From positions 185,013-249,012 of the forward strand of contig CAYQZQ010000001.1 in assembly GCA_964422035.1 (NCBI GenBank): DNA of 64,000 nucleotides, read 5' to 3'. The DNA is from an uncultured Pseudomonadales bacterium (lineage in GTDB: Bacteria > Patescibacteriota > Microgenomatia > UBA1400 > Chazhemtobacteraceae). Below the pieces are notes generated by a model, which was not told the origin of the DNA, did not search any database, and worked only from the letters and a program-made list of their open reading frames with translations. The position numbers were made by a program, and so were the translations under genes. Positions 8,984 through 19,107 of this stretch are shown here, one piece after another. Numbering within the stretch: the first letter of the stretch is position 1; each line of letters begins with the position of its first letter.

Positions 8984-10666
8984 ATGTCTGCCAAAGGGAT
9001 TAACTGGAAAATTGCTGGAGCTGCTGGAATGGGAATTAAAACAGCAGGTGAAGTATGGGCCAAAGCTATGAATAGGGCTGGAAAATGGATCCACGGCTAT
9101 ACAGAGTACCCATCACTTATCAGAGGCGGACATAATACGTATCAAGTTATTTCATCAAATGAGCAAGTAAGAGCCCCTGTTAAAAAACTTGATATATTGG
9201 TGGCTTTAAATCAGGCCGGGATTGATCAACATATTGACGAAATCGGCAAAGATACTCTAGTGATAGGAGATGAAAGCCTGGTGACTGAAAAAGTGGATGG
9301 TAAGGTGATTAGCGCCCCTATCTTAAATGAAGCAAAGAAACTGGGAGCTGTTGTATTGCAAAACACTATTGCTATTGGTATTAGTGCAGCTCAGGCTGGG
9401 ATTGATATTGAGATTCTCAAAGAGGTTATTGGTGAGCAGTTAGCAGATAAAGAAGACTTGCTGGAAGTTAACTTCAATGCACTTGATAAAGGATTTAGTA
9501 TGCACCCGAGTCCGGGCGCAAAAAGTCTTACTAAAGTAGATAACAATAGAATTGTGCTGACAGGCAATGAGGCAGTCGCTTTGGGGGCTATTAGTGCTGG
9601 ATTAGATTTTTTTGGAGCTTACCCGATGACGCCAGCATCGTCTGTTTTACATTTTCTAGCTGCTAAACAAAAACAAACAGGTATGATTGTACGGCAAACA
9701 GAAGATGAGATCTCGGCTATTAATATGTGTTTGGGGGCCAGTTTCGCAGGCGCCAAGTCTATGACAGGGACTTCTGGAGGCGGGATGGCTTTAATGCAAG
9801 AGAGTATTTCTCTGGCGGGAATGCTTGAGTTACCAATGGTGCTTTTTTTGGCAATGAGGCCAGGACCGGCTACCGGTATGCCAACATGGACTTCTCAAGG
9901 AGATTTGTTGTTTGCTGTTAATTCAGGTCATGGTGAATTTCCAAAGGCAGTACTTGCACCTGGTGACGCAGAGGAAGCCTTTGAGCTAACAAGAGAAGCC
10001 ATTGATCTATCACAAAAACATCAAACTATTGTTATTTTAATTTCTGACAAGTTTTTAGCTGAATCACACATGAGTGAGGAGAAATTTGAAAACAAAAAAG
10101 CAATTCCGTTACAAAACATTGTCATGGATCCGACACAACCTGATGGCGAAATGTTTCACAGATATCAACCTACACAAAGTGGTGTTTCTAAGAGAACATT
10201 ACCAGGTGTTTTCAATGGCGAATATATAGCGAATTCAGACGAACATGACCCAACTGGTTTAGTGTCTGAAAGTGCAGAGAGGCGACAGATTGCAAACCGT
10301 CAAAGGAACGTTAAGTTGAAAGGAATTGCAGCTGATATGAGAATGCCAAAAATATATGGAGATAGTAATGCTCAAGTTAGTATTGTGACTTGGGGAAGCA
10401 ATAAGGGACCGGTACTTGATGTTTTAAATAATTGGGAAGGGAAAGTAAATTTGATTCACTTTACTCATATGTGGCCATTGCCCGATAGTGTAACAGGATT
10501 ACTTAAGAATAAAAAATTGCTTTCAATTGAGAATAATGCCAGAGGTCAGTTTGCGGGTTTGTTAAAAAAAGAAGCAGGCGTTAATTTCCAGGCTTCACTT
10601 AATAAAGATGATGGCCGGCCTTTTTATTCAGAAGAAATTATTGAATTTGTAGAGAGAAATAAATGA
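8984..10666 (+). CDS. 2-oxoacid:ferredoxin oxidoreductase, alpha subunit
   Basis: KorA/PorA-type N-terminus (INWKIAGAAGMGIKTAGEVWAKAM). The ATG at 8984 is preceded by GAGGA. The TTG start at 8957 in the track is less likely. Substrate specificity cannot be determined. Confidence 0.8.
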   Translation: MSAKGINWKIAGAAGMGIKTAGEVWAKAMNRAGKWIHGYTEYPSLIRGGHNTYQVISSNEQVRAPVKKLDILVALNQAGIDQHIDEIGKDTLVIGDESLVTEKVDGKVISAPILNEAKKLGAVVLQNTIAIGISAAQAGIDIEILKEVIGEQLADKEDLLEVNFNALDKGFSMHPSPGAKSLTKVDNNRIVLTGNEAVALGAISAGLDFFGAYPMTPASSVLHFLAAKQKQTGMIVRQTEDEISAINMCLGASFAGAKSMTGTSGGGMALMQESISLAGMLELPMVLFLAMRPGPATGMPTWTSQGDLLFAVNSGHGEFPKAVLAPGDAEEAFELTREAIDLSQKHQTIVILISDKFLAESHMSEEKFENKKAIPLQNIVMDPTQPDGEMFHRYQPTQSGVSKRTLPGVFNGEYIANSDEHDPTGLVSESAERRQIANRQRNVKLKGIAADMRMPKIYGDSNAQVSIVTWGSNKGPVLDVLNNWEGKVNLIHFTHMWPLPDSVTGLLKNKKLLSIENNARGQFAGLLKKEAGVNFQASLNKDDGRPFYSEEIIEFVERNK

Positions 10667-11508
10667 AAACAAAAGATAATCTTGACACAAATATTTTTCC
10701 CACCTGGTGTCCAGGATGCGGAAACTTGGGAATTTGGTCAGCAATTAAAAAATCTATTAATAATCTAGATATAGCAAAGGAAAGAGTTGTTATCGTCTAC
10801 GGCATTGGATGTAGTGGAAACATGGCCAGCTTTGTTAAAGCTTACGGATTTCACGGCGTACACGGCAGGGGCATTCCCGTTGCTGAGGGAATTAAGCTTG
10901 CAAACCACAAGCTTAAGGTAATTGTAGTTGGAGGTGATGGAGATTTACTTGGTGAAGGCCTTAATCATTTTGTTCAGGCATCCAGAGCAAATCATGACGT
11001 ATCTGTGATTATTCACAATAATCAGATCTATGGTCTGACAACAGGCCAGTCCTCCCCTACTTCACTTAAGAAAACTAAAAGTAAGTCATACCCACTTGGA
11101 GTGACTGATGAGCCGATCAACCCTCTTCAACTTGCACTGACAGCTGGTGCGACACATGTATCAAGAGGCTTTTCAGGTGATATTAATCAGTTAACTGAAT
11201 TGGTCGGTAGTTCGATTGATCACGAAGGCTTCTCTGTATTAGATGTATTGCAACCTTGTGTTACTTTTAACAAAATTAACACCTATAAATGGTTTCAAGA
11301 AAGAGTTGAAAAATTGAATGGACCAATTGAAGATCGGATTGATGCTTTAAAAAAAGCGGTATGGACTAATGAGAAGATTTTCACCGGAGAATTTTATAAA
11401 GAAGAAAACTCCCCATTCCACGCCAGATGGCCACAGATTGATGAGCGTACACTTATTCAACAGACAACAAACAATGATATTAACCAGATAATGGAAAGCT
11501 TAAGTTAG
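10663..11508 (+). CDS. 2-oxoacid:ferredoxin oxidoreductase, beta (TPP-binding) subunit
   Basis: CPGCGNLGIWSAIKK TPP-binding motif. ATGA overlap with the alpha subunit. Confidence 0.85.
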   Translation: MKTKDNLDTNIFPTWCPGCGNLGIWSAIKKSINNLDIAKERVVIVYGIGCSGNMASFVKAYGFHGVHGRGIPVAEGIKLANHKLKVIVVGGDGDLLGEGLNHFVQASRANHDVSVIIHNNQIYGLTTGQSSPTSLKKTKSKSYPLGVTDEPINPLQLALTAGATHVSRGFSGDINQLTELVGSSIDHEGFSVLDVLQPCVTFNKINTYKWFQERVEKLNGPIEDRIDALKKAVWTNEKIFTGEFYKEENSPFHARWPQIDERTLIQQTTNNDINQIMESLS

Positions 11509-12119
11509 AAGCGACGGATGATACCAACTACTCTTCCTTGGATTTTTACTCTTGTAGCGTAAATGGGGCTCATATCTGCATTAGCTGGCTCTAGTCTGAT
11601 ACGGGTTTTTTCTTTAAAGAAGCGTTTTAGAGTGGCTAGACCATTCTCTAAAAGAGCAACAACTATATCTCCGTTGTTGGCATTTTCAGATTCTTCGCAA
11701 ACTACATAATCACCATCAAAAATTCCATCTTCTATCATACTGTCCCCGTTTACCTGCAATACAAAAGCCTTTTTCTTTCCTGAAATCATGCTGGGAGAAA
11801 CTTTCAACTGAGCGTCATTTTCTTCATAAGGTTCGATGGGCTTTCCAGCTGCTATGTAACCTTTAATGGGCAACTCAACGATATTTTTTTCCTGGCCAAT
11901 ACTTTTATTTAAAAGCTCTATGCCCCTGACTGCCCCTTCGTGCTTTCTTATGACCTTTTTCTTTATGAGTGCTTGTAGATGCTCGTGGACAGTGGCGAGT
12001 GAGGAAACACCAATTGCGTCAGCTATTTCTTGCAAAGTAGGAGAATAGCCGTTTTTTTGAATATACTGAGCAATAAAGTCAACGATTTGTCTTTGTCGTT
12101 TATAAAGGGTTACTGCCAT
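11505..12119 (-). CDS. lexA: LexA repressor
   Basis: MAVTLYKRQRQIVDFI... winged-helix N-domain followed by an S24 peptidase domain (GDSMIEDGIFDGDYVV; Ser/Lys dyad region). The ATG is at 12117-12119. Confidence 0.9.
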   Translation of the reverse strand: MAVTLYKRQRQIVDFIAQYIQKNGYSPTLQEIADAIGVSSLATVHEHLQALIKKKVIRKHEGAVRGIELLNKSIGQEKNIVELPIKGYIAAGKPIEPYEENDAQLKVSPSMISGKKKAFVLQVNGDSMIEDGIFDGDYVVCEESENANNGDIVVALLENGLATLKRFFKEKTRIRLEPANADMSPIYATRVKIQGRVVGIIRRF

Positions 12120-12199
12120 ATTAATTTTTATTGTAACCCAAAAGAACCCGAAGTCAAGGGTCAAATTGTTGGGGTTTTTTCTGGTAAAATAGAAGGTTG

Positions 12200-14305
12200 A
12201 TGAAAAAATTTAAGATTAAATCAAATTTTGAACCTGCAGGTGATCAACCACAGGCGATCAAACTTTTATCAGAAGGGGTCAATAATCATATTGACGATCA
12301 AGTGCTATTGGGCGTAACTGGCTCCGGCAAGACTTTTAGTCTGGCAAAAGTAATTGAAAATGTTCAAATGCCAACACTGATTATTTCTCACAATAAAACT
12401 TTGTCTGCTCAGTTGTATCAGGAGTTTAGAGACTTCTTTCCTGACAATGGTGTGAGTTTCTTTGTTTCATATTATGACTACTACCAGCCAGAAGCTTATA
12501 TCCCACAAACTGATACCTATATTGAAAAGGAAACCGAGATTAATGAAGAGATTGACAAGTTGAGACTATCGACAACAGCTAACCTGTTGTCGAGGCCTGA
12601 TGTTATAGTAGTGGCCTCTGTATCCTGCATTTATAACTTAGGTTCCCCTATTGCATATAAAAAGTTTCTACTTAAACTGACTGAAGGTCAGGTTATTGAC
12701 CGAATGACAGTTATTAGTCGGTTAGTAGACCTGCAATATGGTAGACAACGAGAAAAGCTGGAGAGGGGTGACTTTAGAGTAAGGGGTAATTTAATTGACC
12801 TTTGGCCAGCCTATGAGGACATAGTAATCCGACTAAAGTTTGACGAGAAGACTTTATACTCATTGGAATGGCTTGATCCTATCAATTTCACTGAAATAAA
12901 AGCCCCTAAGTATTTTTTTGAAAATAACAAAGTAACCATCTATCCGGCTAAACATTTTATTGCGCCCGAGAAAAATCAAGATGAGGTTTTTTCCCAGATA
13001 AGAGATGATTTAAGCCAGCAAGTAAAGAGGTTGCAAGATAGTGGATTAGAACTAGAAGCTAACAGACTAGAGCAGAGAGTCAATTATGATTTGGATATGA
13101 TTGCAGAGATGGGTTATGTGAGCGGAATTGAAAACTACTCAAGATACTTTGACGGCAGAAAGCCCGGTGAGCCACCTTATACCCTTTTGGATTATATGAA
13201 ATACAACGCAGATAAGTTTAATAAGAAAGGTTTTATGACCATAGTTGATGAGAGTCACATGACGGTTCCCCAGATTAAAGGTATGCACAAAGGTGATAAA
13301 TCTAGAAAAGAGACATTGATTAATCACGGCTTTAGATTACCTGCAGCCAGAGACAATCGCCCATTGGATTTTGACGAATTTAGAGCAAGAACAGAAAACT
13401 CAATTTTTGTGTCGGCTACCCCATCAACCTGGGAGAAAAGTATGGCAACTAAAGCAGCCATGAAGTTTGACCATCCGGGAGTAGTTGAACAACTAGTTAG
13501 ACCGACTGGACTACTTGAGCCGGAGATTGATGTCAGGCCTATTGAGAATCAGGTAAGTGATCTGATTGGTGAGGTTTTGTCTAGAATGGAAAAGGGAGAA
13601 AGAGTGCTGGTAACCACACTGACTAAAAAAATGGCTGAGGATCTGGCTGAGTATCTAGCAAATCCGGAGAAAATCAAGTCTAAAATTGACAGAGTGATAG
13701 ACAGGCCGATAAAGGTTGAATATTTGCACTCTGATGTCGACACTCTTGATAGATCAGACATATTAGATGAGCTGCGAGGAGGAGATATTGATGTAATTGT
13801 AGGCATCAACCTGTTAAGAGAAGGGCTGGACCTGCCTGAAGTATCACTTGTGGCCATCTTAGATGCTGATAAAGAGGGTTTTTTAAGGTCTAAGACATCT
13901 CTGGTCCAAACGATGGGCAGAGCGGCCAGAAACAAAGCTGGGCAGGTAATTTTATATGCCGATGAGGTAACCAGATCAATGAGGAAAGCAGTGGATGAAA
14001 TCAATAGAAGAAGAGAGATCCAAGAAGAGTTTAACAGGAAACACAAAATTGAACCAAAAACAATTAGAAAGCCAATCAGAGAGAAGCTTTTAAAAAGAGA
14101 CAGGAGAGTTGAGTCTGATGCCAATGAGATATTGATGGAGTTTGGTTGGAGTAATTTTGAAGATATTAATCCTGATGCTTTAACACCTAAAGATAGGAAG
14201 AAAGTTTACAAAGAGGTTAGGACCGTGATGAACAAGGCAGCTAAAGACTGGAACTTCGAAAAAGCAGCTGAGCTGAAGAAGATTGTTAATTTGTTAGAAT
14301 CCTAA
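12200..14305 (+). CDS. uvrB: Excinuclease ABC subunit B
   Basis: FEPAGDQPQAI, helicase motifs, and a C-terminal UVR domain. The ATG at 12200 is preceded by AGAAGG. Confidence 0.95.
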   Translation: MKKFKIKSNFEPAGDQPQAIKLLSEGVNNHIDDQVLLGVTGSGKTFSLAKVIENVQMPTLIISHNKTLSAQLYQEFRDFFPDNGVSFFVSYYDYYQPEAYIPQTDTYIEKETEINEEIDKLRLSTTANLLSRPDVIVVASVSCIYNLGSPIAYKKFLLKLTEGQVIDRMTVISRLVDLQYGRQREKLERGDFRVRGNLIDLWPAYEDIVIRLKFDEKTLYSLEWLDPINFTEIKAPKYFFENNKVTIYPAKHFIAPEKNQDEVFSQIRDDLSQQVKRLQDSGLELEANRLEQRVNYDLDMIAEMGYVSGIENYSRYFDGRKPGEPPYTLLDYMKYNADKFNKKGFMTIVDESHMTVPQIKGMHKGDKSRKETLINHGFRLPAARDNRPLDFDEFRARTENSIFVSATPSTWEKSMATKAAMKFDHPGVVEQLVRPTGLLEPEIDVRPIENQVSDLIGEVLSRMEKGERVLVTTLTKKMAEDLAEYLANPEKIKSKIDRVIDRPIKVEYLHSDVDTLDRSDILDELRGGDIDVIVGINLLREGLDLPEVSLVAILDADKEGFLRSKTSLVQTMGRAARNKAGQVILYADEVTRSMRKAVDEINRRREIQEEFNRKHKIEPKTIRKPIREKLLKRDRRVESDANEILMEFGWSNFEDINPDALTPKDRKKVYKEVRTVMNKAAKDWNFEKAAELKKIVNLLES

Positions 14306-14308
14306 CCT

Positions 14309-17275
14309 ATGACTGATAAAAAGATATCACCAGCAACCCACTTGATGATAAGGGGAGCCAGGCAACATAACCTGCAAAACATTGACCTTGACTTACCCAA
14401 GGGAAAATTGGTAGTTTTTACAGGTTTGTCAGGATCTGGAAAGTCCAGCATGGCTTATGACACTGTGTATGCCGAAGGTCAAAGAAGATATGTTGAATCT
14501 CTGTCTTCGTATGCTAGGCAGTTTCTGGGAGTAATGGACAAGCCTGATGTGGATAAAATTGAGGGTTTAAGTCCCGCAATATCAATCGATCAAAAAGGAG
14601 GATCGCATAATCCCCGCTCTACTGTAGGAACAGTAACCGAGATATATGATTACTTGAGACTTCTATATGCCAGAGTAGGACACCCGCATTGTCCGGAATG
14701 TGGAGAGGAAATTACAACCACTGATGCTCAACAAATTACTGACCAAGTCTGGAAGAGGATGCAGGGCGCTGAAGAATTAGATGAAAACAAAGGAATCAGA
14801 TTACTAATACTGTCACCGGTTGTTAGACATCAAAAAGGTCAGTTTAAGGAGTTGTTTAAGAACTTGGAGAAAAAAGGTTTTTCCCAGGCCAGAATTGATA
14901 ATAAAGTATTTGATTTTACTGATGATTTTGATTTAGTGAAAACTAACTATCACGACATCGAAGTGGTAATTGATAAATTAGTAATACCAAGCAAACAACT
15001 TAAAAAAACTGGGCAAGAGAGTAAAAACCGATTATTTGAAGCCATTGAGCAAGCTTTGGAAATGTCTGATGGAATGGTAATAGCCAGCATGATTAAAGAT
15101 AAAGGTTTTAGTATTCCCGAAAAGCCCAAAAAAATGGAGGATCAGCTTTATTCTGAAAAATTTGCATGTACTGAATGTGGTGTGTCTTTACCAGAGATCG
15201 AACCAAGAACATTTTCATTCAACTCTCCTGAAGGAGCTTGTGAGGAGTGCTCTGGATTAGGAACACAGCTTAAGGTAAAGCCGGATTTGATTTTGGCAGA
15301 GGAGTTAACACTAGATGAAGGTGCGATTATTCCCCTGGCAAGCCAGTTTCAAAATAATACCTGGAGAGCGCGCTTAATCAGGACTGTAGCTGATGAGCAT
15401 GGATTTGATAGCAAGACTGCCATTTTAAACCTTGATGATGCGCAACTGAATGTTTTACTTAATGGAACAGGTGATGAAGTATATAAGGTGGAAGGAGAAA
15501 ACAGGCAGGGACGAATGACTACTTGGGAAAGCGATTTTGAAGGGATCTTAAAAGAAATTGAAACCAGGCACGAAAAGACAAGCTCTGATTATGTTAGAAA
15601 TGAATTGGAAAAATACATGATTCAGCGCAGTTGTCCTGTATGTAAGGGATCTAGACTGAAAAAGGAAGCTCTATCTATTACGGTGAATGGATTCTCAATA
15701 GCTGAAGTAGCAGCAATGCCTATTGAAGAAACCCAGAAATGGGCTAAAGGTTTGCCTGATGAGCTATCAAAAGGCGAGATTACTATCGCCAAATCCGTAC
15801 TTGAAGAAGTGGAATCTCGATTGAAGTTTTTAGTTTCAGTTGGCTTGGATTATGTAACCCTGGACCGACAGGCCGGAACTTTGGCAGGAGGAGAGCTACA
15901 GCGGATTCGTTTGGCATCTCAGATTGGATCTCAGCTAACAGGAATTTTGTACGTACTTGATGAACCAACGATCGGGTTGCACCAGAGAGATAATAAAAGA
16001 TTGATTGATACACTTAAAAACCTGCGTGATTTAGGCAATACCCTTCTTGTAGTTGAACATGACCGAGAAATGATTGAGTCTGCTGATCAAATTATTGAGT
16101 TTGGCCCTGGAGCGGGAAAAAAAGGTGGCAGACTGCAGTTTCAAGGTAGTGTAAAGAAGATGAAAAAACAAAGGAAAACTCTTACTAGTAAATACTTAAC
16201 AGGCGAAAAGAAGGTTTTGGTAGAAACAGACAGAAAGCTTAATCTTGACATGCCGAATTTACGACTTTTTGGGGCTAAAAAACACAACTTAAAAGATGTT
16301 GACCTTGAGATTCCTTTGGGGCGATTTGTAACTGTCACCGGAGTGTCTGGATCTGGTAAGTCAAGCTTGATTGTCGAGACCTTGCACGAAGCTTTGGCCA
16401 GAAACTTAAAGAGGATACATCACCAGGAAGAAGCCAATTTTGATCAAATCATGATACCTGATGCTGTCAAAAAAGTTAGTTTGATTGATCAAGGTCCGAT
16501 AGGAAGAACACCCAGAAGTAACCCTGCTACTTATACCAAGGCATTTAATTATATTAGAAAGTTGTTTGCCTCAACTGCGGAAGCTGAGATAAGAGGATAT
16601 GACAAAGGACGATTTAGTTTTAACGTAAAGGGGGGTAGATGCGAGGCGTGCCAAGGACAGGGGCAAAATAAGATCGAGATGCAGTTTATGTCTGATATTT
16701 ATGTCACTTGTGAGGTCTGTGAAGGCAAGAGATATAACTCGCCTACTTTGGAGGTTAAATACAAAGGCAAAAATATCGCCGAGGTGCTGGAGATGACAGT
16801 TGATGAAGCGATCGGATTTTTCAACGGATTACCAGCTTTAAACAAAAGACTTAAAACAATGCAGGATGTTGGCTTGGGATATATTGAGTTAGGTCAGCCG
16901 GCCACGACTTTATCAGGAGGAGAAGCACAGAGAATTAAACTGGCTGCTGAGTTGGCTAAGACAAGAACCGGACATACTATGTATATTCTTGATGAACCAA
17001 CAACAGGTCTTCATTTTGAGGATTTAAGGAAGCTACTTAAGGTGCTGCATCGGTTAGTTAATCAAGATAATACTGTAATTGTTATTGAACACAACCTTGA
17101 TCTTATTAACAATGCTGACTGGATAATTGATTTAGGACCTGGCGGAGGACATAAGGGTGGAGAAATAGTTGCAACAGGTAAACCAGAAGAGATCGCATCT
17201 AATGATAAATCAGTTACTGGTGAGGAATTGCGCAAATATTGGGATGAAAGAGTTGAGAGAAGAAAGTTTAATTGA
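14309..17275 (+). CDS. uvrA: Excinuclease ABC subunit A
   Basis: 988 aa; two ABC ATPase modules, zinc fingers, and the N-terminus IRGARQHNLQNIDLDLPKGKLVVFTGLSGSGKSS. Confidence 0.95.
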   Translation: MTDKKISPATHLMIRGARQHNLQNIDLDLPKGKLVVFTGLSGSGKSSMAYDTVYAEGQRRYVESLSSYARQFLGVMDKPDVDKIEGLSPAISIDQKGGSHNPRSTVGTVTEIYDYLRLLYARVGHPHCPECGEEITTTDAQQITDQVWKRMQGAEELDENKGIRLLILSPVVRHQKGQFKELFKNLEKKGFSQARIDNKVFDFTDDFDLVKTNYHDIEVVIDKLVIPSKQLKKTGQESKNRLFEAIEQALEMSDGMVIASMIKDKGFSIPEKPKKMEDQLYSEKFACTECGVSLPEIEPRTFSFNSPEGACEECSGLGTQLKVKPDLILAEELTLDEGAIIPLASQFQNNTWRARLIRTVADEHGFDSKTAILNLDDAQLNVLLNGTGDEVYKVEGENRQGRMTTWESDFEGILKEIETRHEKTSSDYVRNELEKYMIQRSCPVCKGSRLKKEALSITVNGFSIAEVAAMPIEETQKWAKGLPDELSKGEITIAKSVLEEVESRLKFLVSVGLDYVTLDRQAGTLAGGELQRIRLASQIGSQLTGILYVLDEPTIGLHQRDNKRLIDTLKNLRDLGNTLLVVEHDREMIESADQIIEFGPGAGKKGGRLQFQGSVKKMKKQRKTLTSKYLTGEKKVLVETDRKLNLDMPNLRLFGAKKHNLKDVDLEIPLGRFVTVTGVSGSGKSSLIVETLHEALARNLKRIHHQEEANFDQIMIPDAVKKVSLIDQGPIGRTPRSNPATYTKAFNYIRKLFASTAEAEIRGYDKGRFSFNVKGGRCEACQGQGQNKIEMQFMSDIYVTCEVCEGKRYNSPTLEVKYKGKNIAEVLEMTVDEAIGFFNGLPALNKRLKTMQDVGLGYIELGQPATTLSGGEAQRIKLAAELAKTRTGHTMYILDEPTTGLHFEDLRKLLKVLHRLVNQDNTVIVIEHNLDLINNADWIIDLGPGGGHKGGEIVATGKPEEIASNDKSVTGEELRKYWDERVERRKFN

Positions 17276-17289
17276 TTAAATAGGTAAGA

Positions 17290-19107
17290 ATGAAAAGAAT
17301 ACAGAAGGTTTTTGTAATTTTATTAACAGTCTTGAATTTATTGGCTTTTGGCGGTCAGGCTCAAGCGACTTCTGAGTTTGAAACCAGATATATAACTACT
17401 TATCAAGTCAGCAAGTCTGGTTTAACTACGGTACGACATCAGGTGGATCTTAAAAATAAAGTATCCAATATATATGCTGAAAAGTTTTCAATTGCGGTAG
17501 GTTTTACTGATTTAAATAATATTCGAGTACAGGATGAGGCGGGAACTATAGTCCCAGTAGTAGAAGAGACGCAGAATCAGACTATCATACGCTTTGATTT
17601 TTTAAATAAGGTAGTTGGAAAAGACAAATCACATAATTTTTACATTCAATACCAGACGGGAGATATTGCCAATAAAAATGGATCTGTTTGGGAAGTTAAT
17701 ATCCCAAAACTGGAAACTGAAAAGAACGTTGTAGAGAACAAGATCAGCTTAATTGTTCCCTCTGAGTTCGGACAACCAGCCTATATATCACCAAGGCCCG
17801 TTAAGAAAACAAACAGGCCTCCCTCTGATAATGTAAGCAACGTCTATGAATTTGAAGGTTCTATTCTTAACAGAGAAGCAGTATCTGCATTATTTGGTCG
17901 AGTCCAGCACATGAAGCTTGAATTAAGTTATCATCTTAAAAATGACAGTCAGTCAGTCTCTCAAATGGACATTGCACTCCCTCCAGACACTACTTACCAG
18001 ACGATGATGTACCAGAGCATTACCCCTGAACCGGTCAATGTCAGAGAGGACATAGACGGTAATTGGTTAGCGGTATACAGATTAAAACCTCAAGAAAAAG
18101 TCGACATTAAAGTTGAAGCCATCGCAAGAATTAATTTTTTTCCAGAAAGTATTTTACTAAATGATGAGCAAAAAGCATTGTATACACAAGCAAACGAGTT
18201 CTGGATTTCTGATTCTAGCGAGATTAATCGATTAAGTGAGAATTTCAATAATCCCCAAGCTGTTTATGACTATGTTGTAGATTACTTAAACTACGACTTT
18301 AATCAAATAGAAAATACCACAACAAGAGTACCAGTAAGTAATGTACTAAATTCAAAAATGGCCATCTGTACAGGCTATGCTGATTTATTTGTTACATTGG
18401 CGCGAGCTGCCGGAATACCAAGCAGGGAACTGGAAGGATATGCTTTAACAAATAACGACAAGCTTAGACCATTAAGTCTAAAGAAAGATGTGCTTCATTC
18501 CTGGGTAGAGTATTATGATGATCAGAAAAATACATGGATTCAGCTAGATCCGACTTGGGCTGACACTACCGGAGGAGTTGATTACTTTAATAAGCTGGAT
18601 TTAAATCATGTGGTGTTTGTCATTCATGGTCAAGATCCACGTAATCCAGTCCCTGCCGGAGGATATAAGATTGAAGGTCAGGAACAGAAAGATGTAAGAG
18701 TTGAAGCGGTTGATCCAATCAGCTTTGGTGATCCAAGGCTTGAATTTATTGTTAATAAAGAATTAAAGAAAGGCCAGCTTGTTATCGAAGTAAGCAATAC
18801 AGGCAGTACAGCTTATGAGGGTAAAATTAGAATTGATTCACAGCCAGCTGGTATAGTTAGAGACGATTTTGATGTGGGCAAAATACCTCCGTGGGGAAGA
18901 AAAAAAATTCAAATCTCCACCGACTTACCAGGTAAATGGCGTGAGGTGCCAGTTATAATTAAGTTCAACTATGACCAACAAACAGAGCAAATCACAATCT
19001 CTCTCGAACCACCTTTCAAGAAAAAGGCACAAATGGCCGGAGCAATCATCGGCATGGGCGGAGTTTTGTTCGCAGCTGCCTACTGGACCCGCCGTATATT
19101 CTTTTGA
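17290..19107 (+). CDS. Transglutaminase-like cysteine-protease-domain protein, secreted and membrane-anchored
   Basis: N-terminal signal/TM, transglutaminase core CTGYADLFVTLARAAGIPSRELEGYA with downstream His/Asp, and a C-terminal TM helix (AGAIIGMGGVLFAAAYWT). Confidence 0.7.
   Translation: MKRIQKVFVILLTVLNLLAFGGQAQATSEFETRYITTYQVSKSGLTTVRHQVDLKNKVSNIYAEKFSIAVGFTDLNNIRVQDEAGTIVPVVEETQNQTIIRFDFLNKVVGKDKSHNFYIQYQTGDIANKNGSVWEVNIPKLETEKNVVENKISLIVPSEFGQPAYISPRPVKKTNRPPSDNVSNVYEFEGSILNREAVSALFGRVQHMKLELSYHLKNDSQSVSQMDIALPPDTTYQTMMYQSITPEPVNVREDIDGNWLAVYRLKPQEKVDIKVEAIARINFFPESILLNDEQKALYTQANEFWISDSSEINRLSENFNNPQAVYDYVVDYLNYDFNQIENTTTRVPVSNVLNSKMAICTGYADLFVTLARAAGIPSRELEGYALTNNDKLRPLSLKKDVLHSWVEYYDDQKNTWIQLDPTWADTTGGVDYFNKLDLNHVVFVIHGQDPRNPVPAGGYKIEGQEQKDVRVEAVDPISFGDPRLEFIVNKELKKGQLVIEVSNTGSTAYEGKIRIDSQPAGIVRDDFDVGKIPPWGRKKIQISTDLPGKWREVPVIIKFNYDQQTEQITISLEPPFKKKAQMAGAIIGMGGVLFAAAYWTRRIFF

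Noticed and set aside
13549-14124. 191-aa minus-strand ORF inside uvrB
   Set aside because: It is antisense to uvrB and has a Ser/Leu-rich low-complexity translation.
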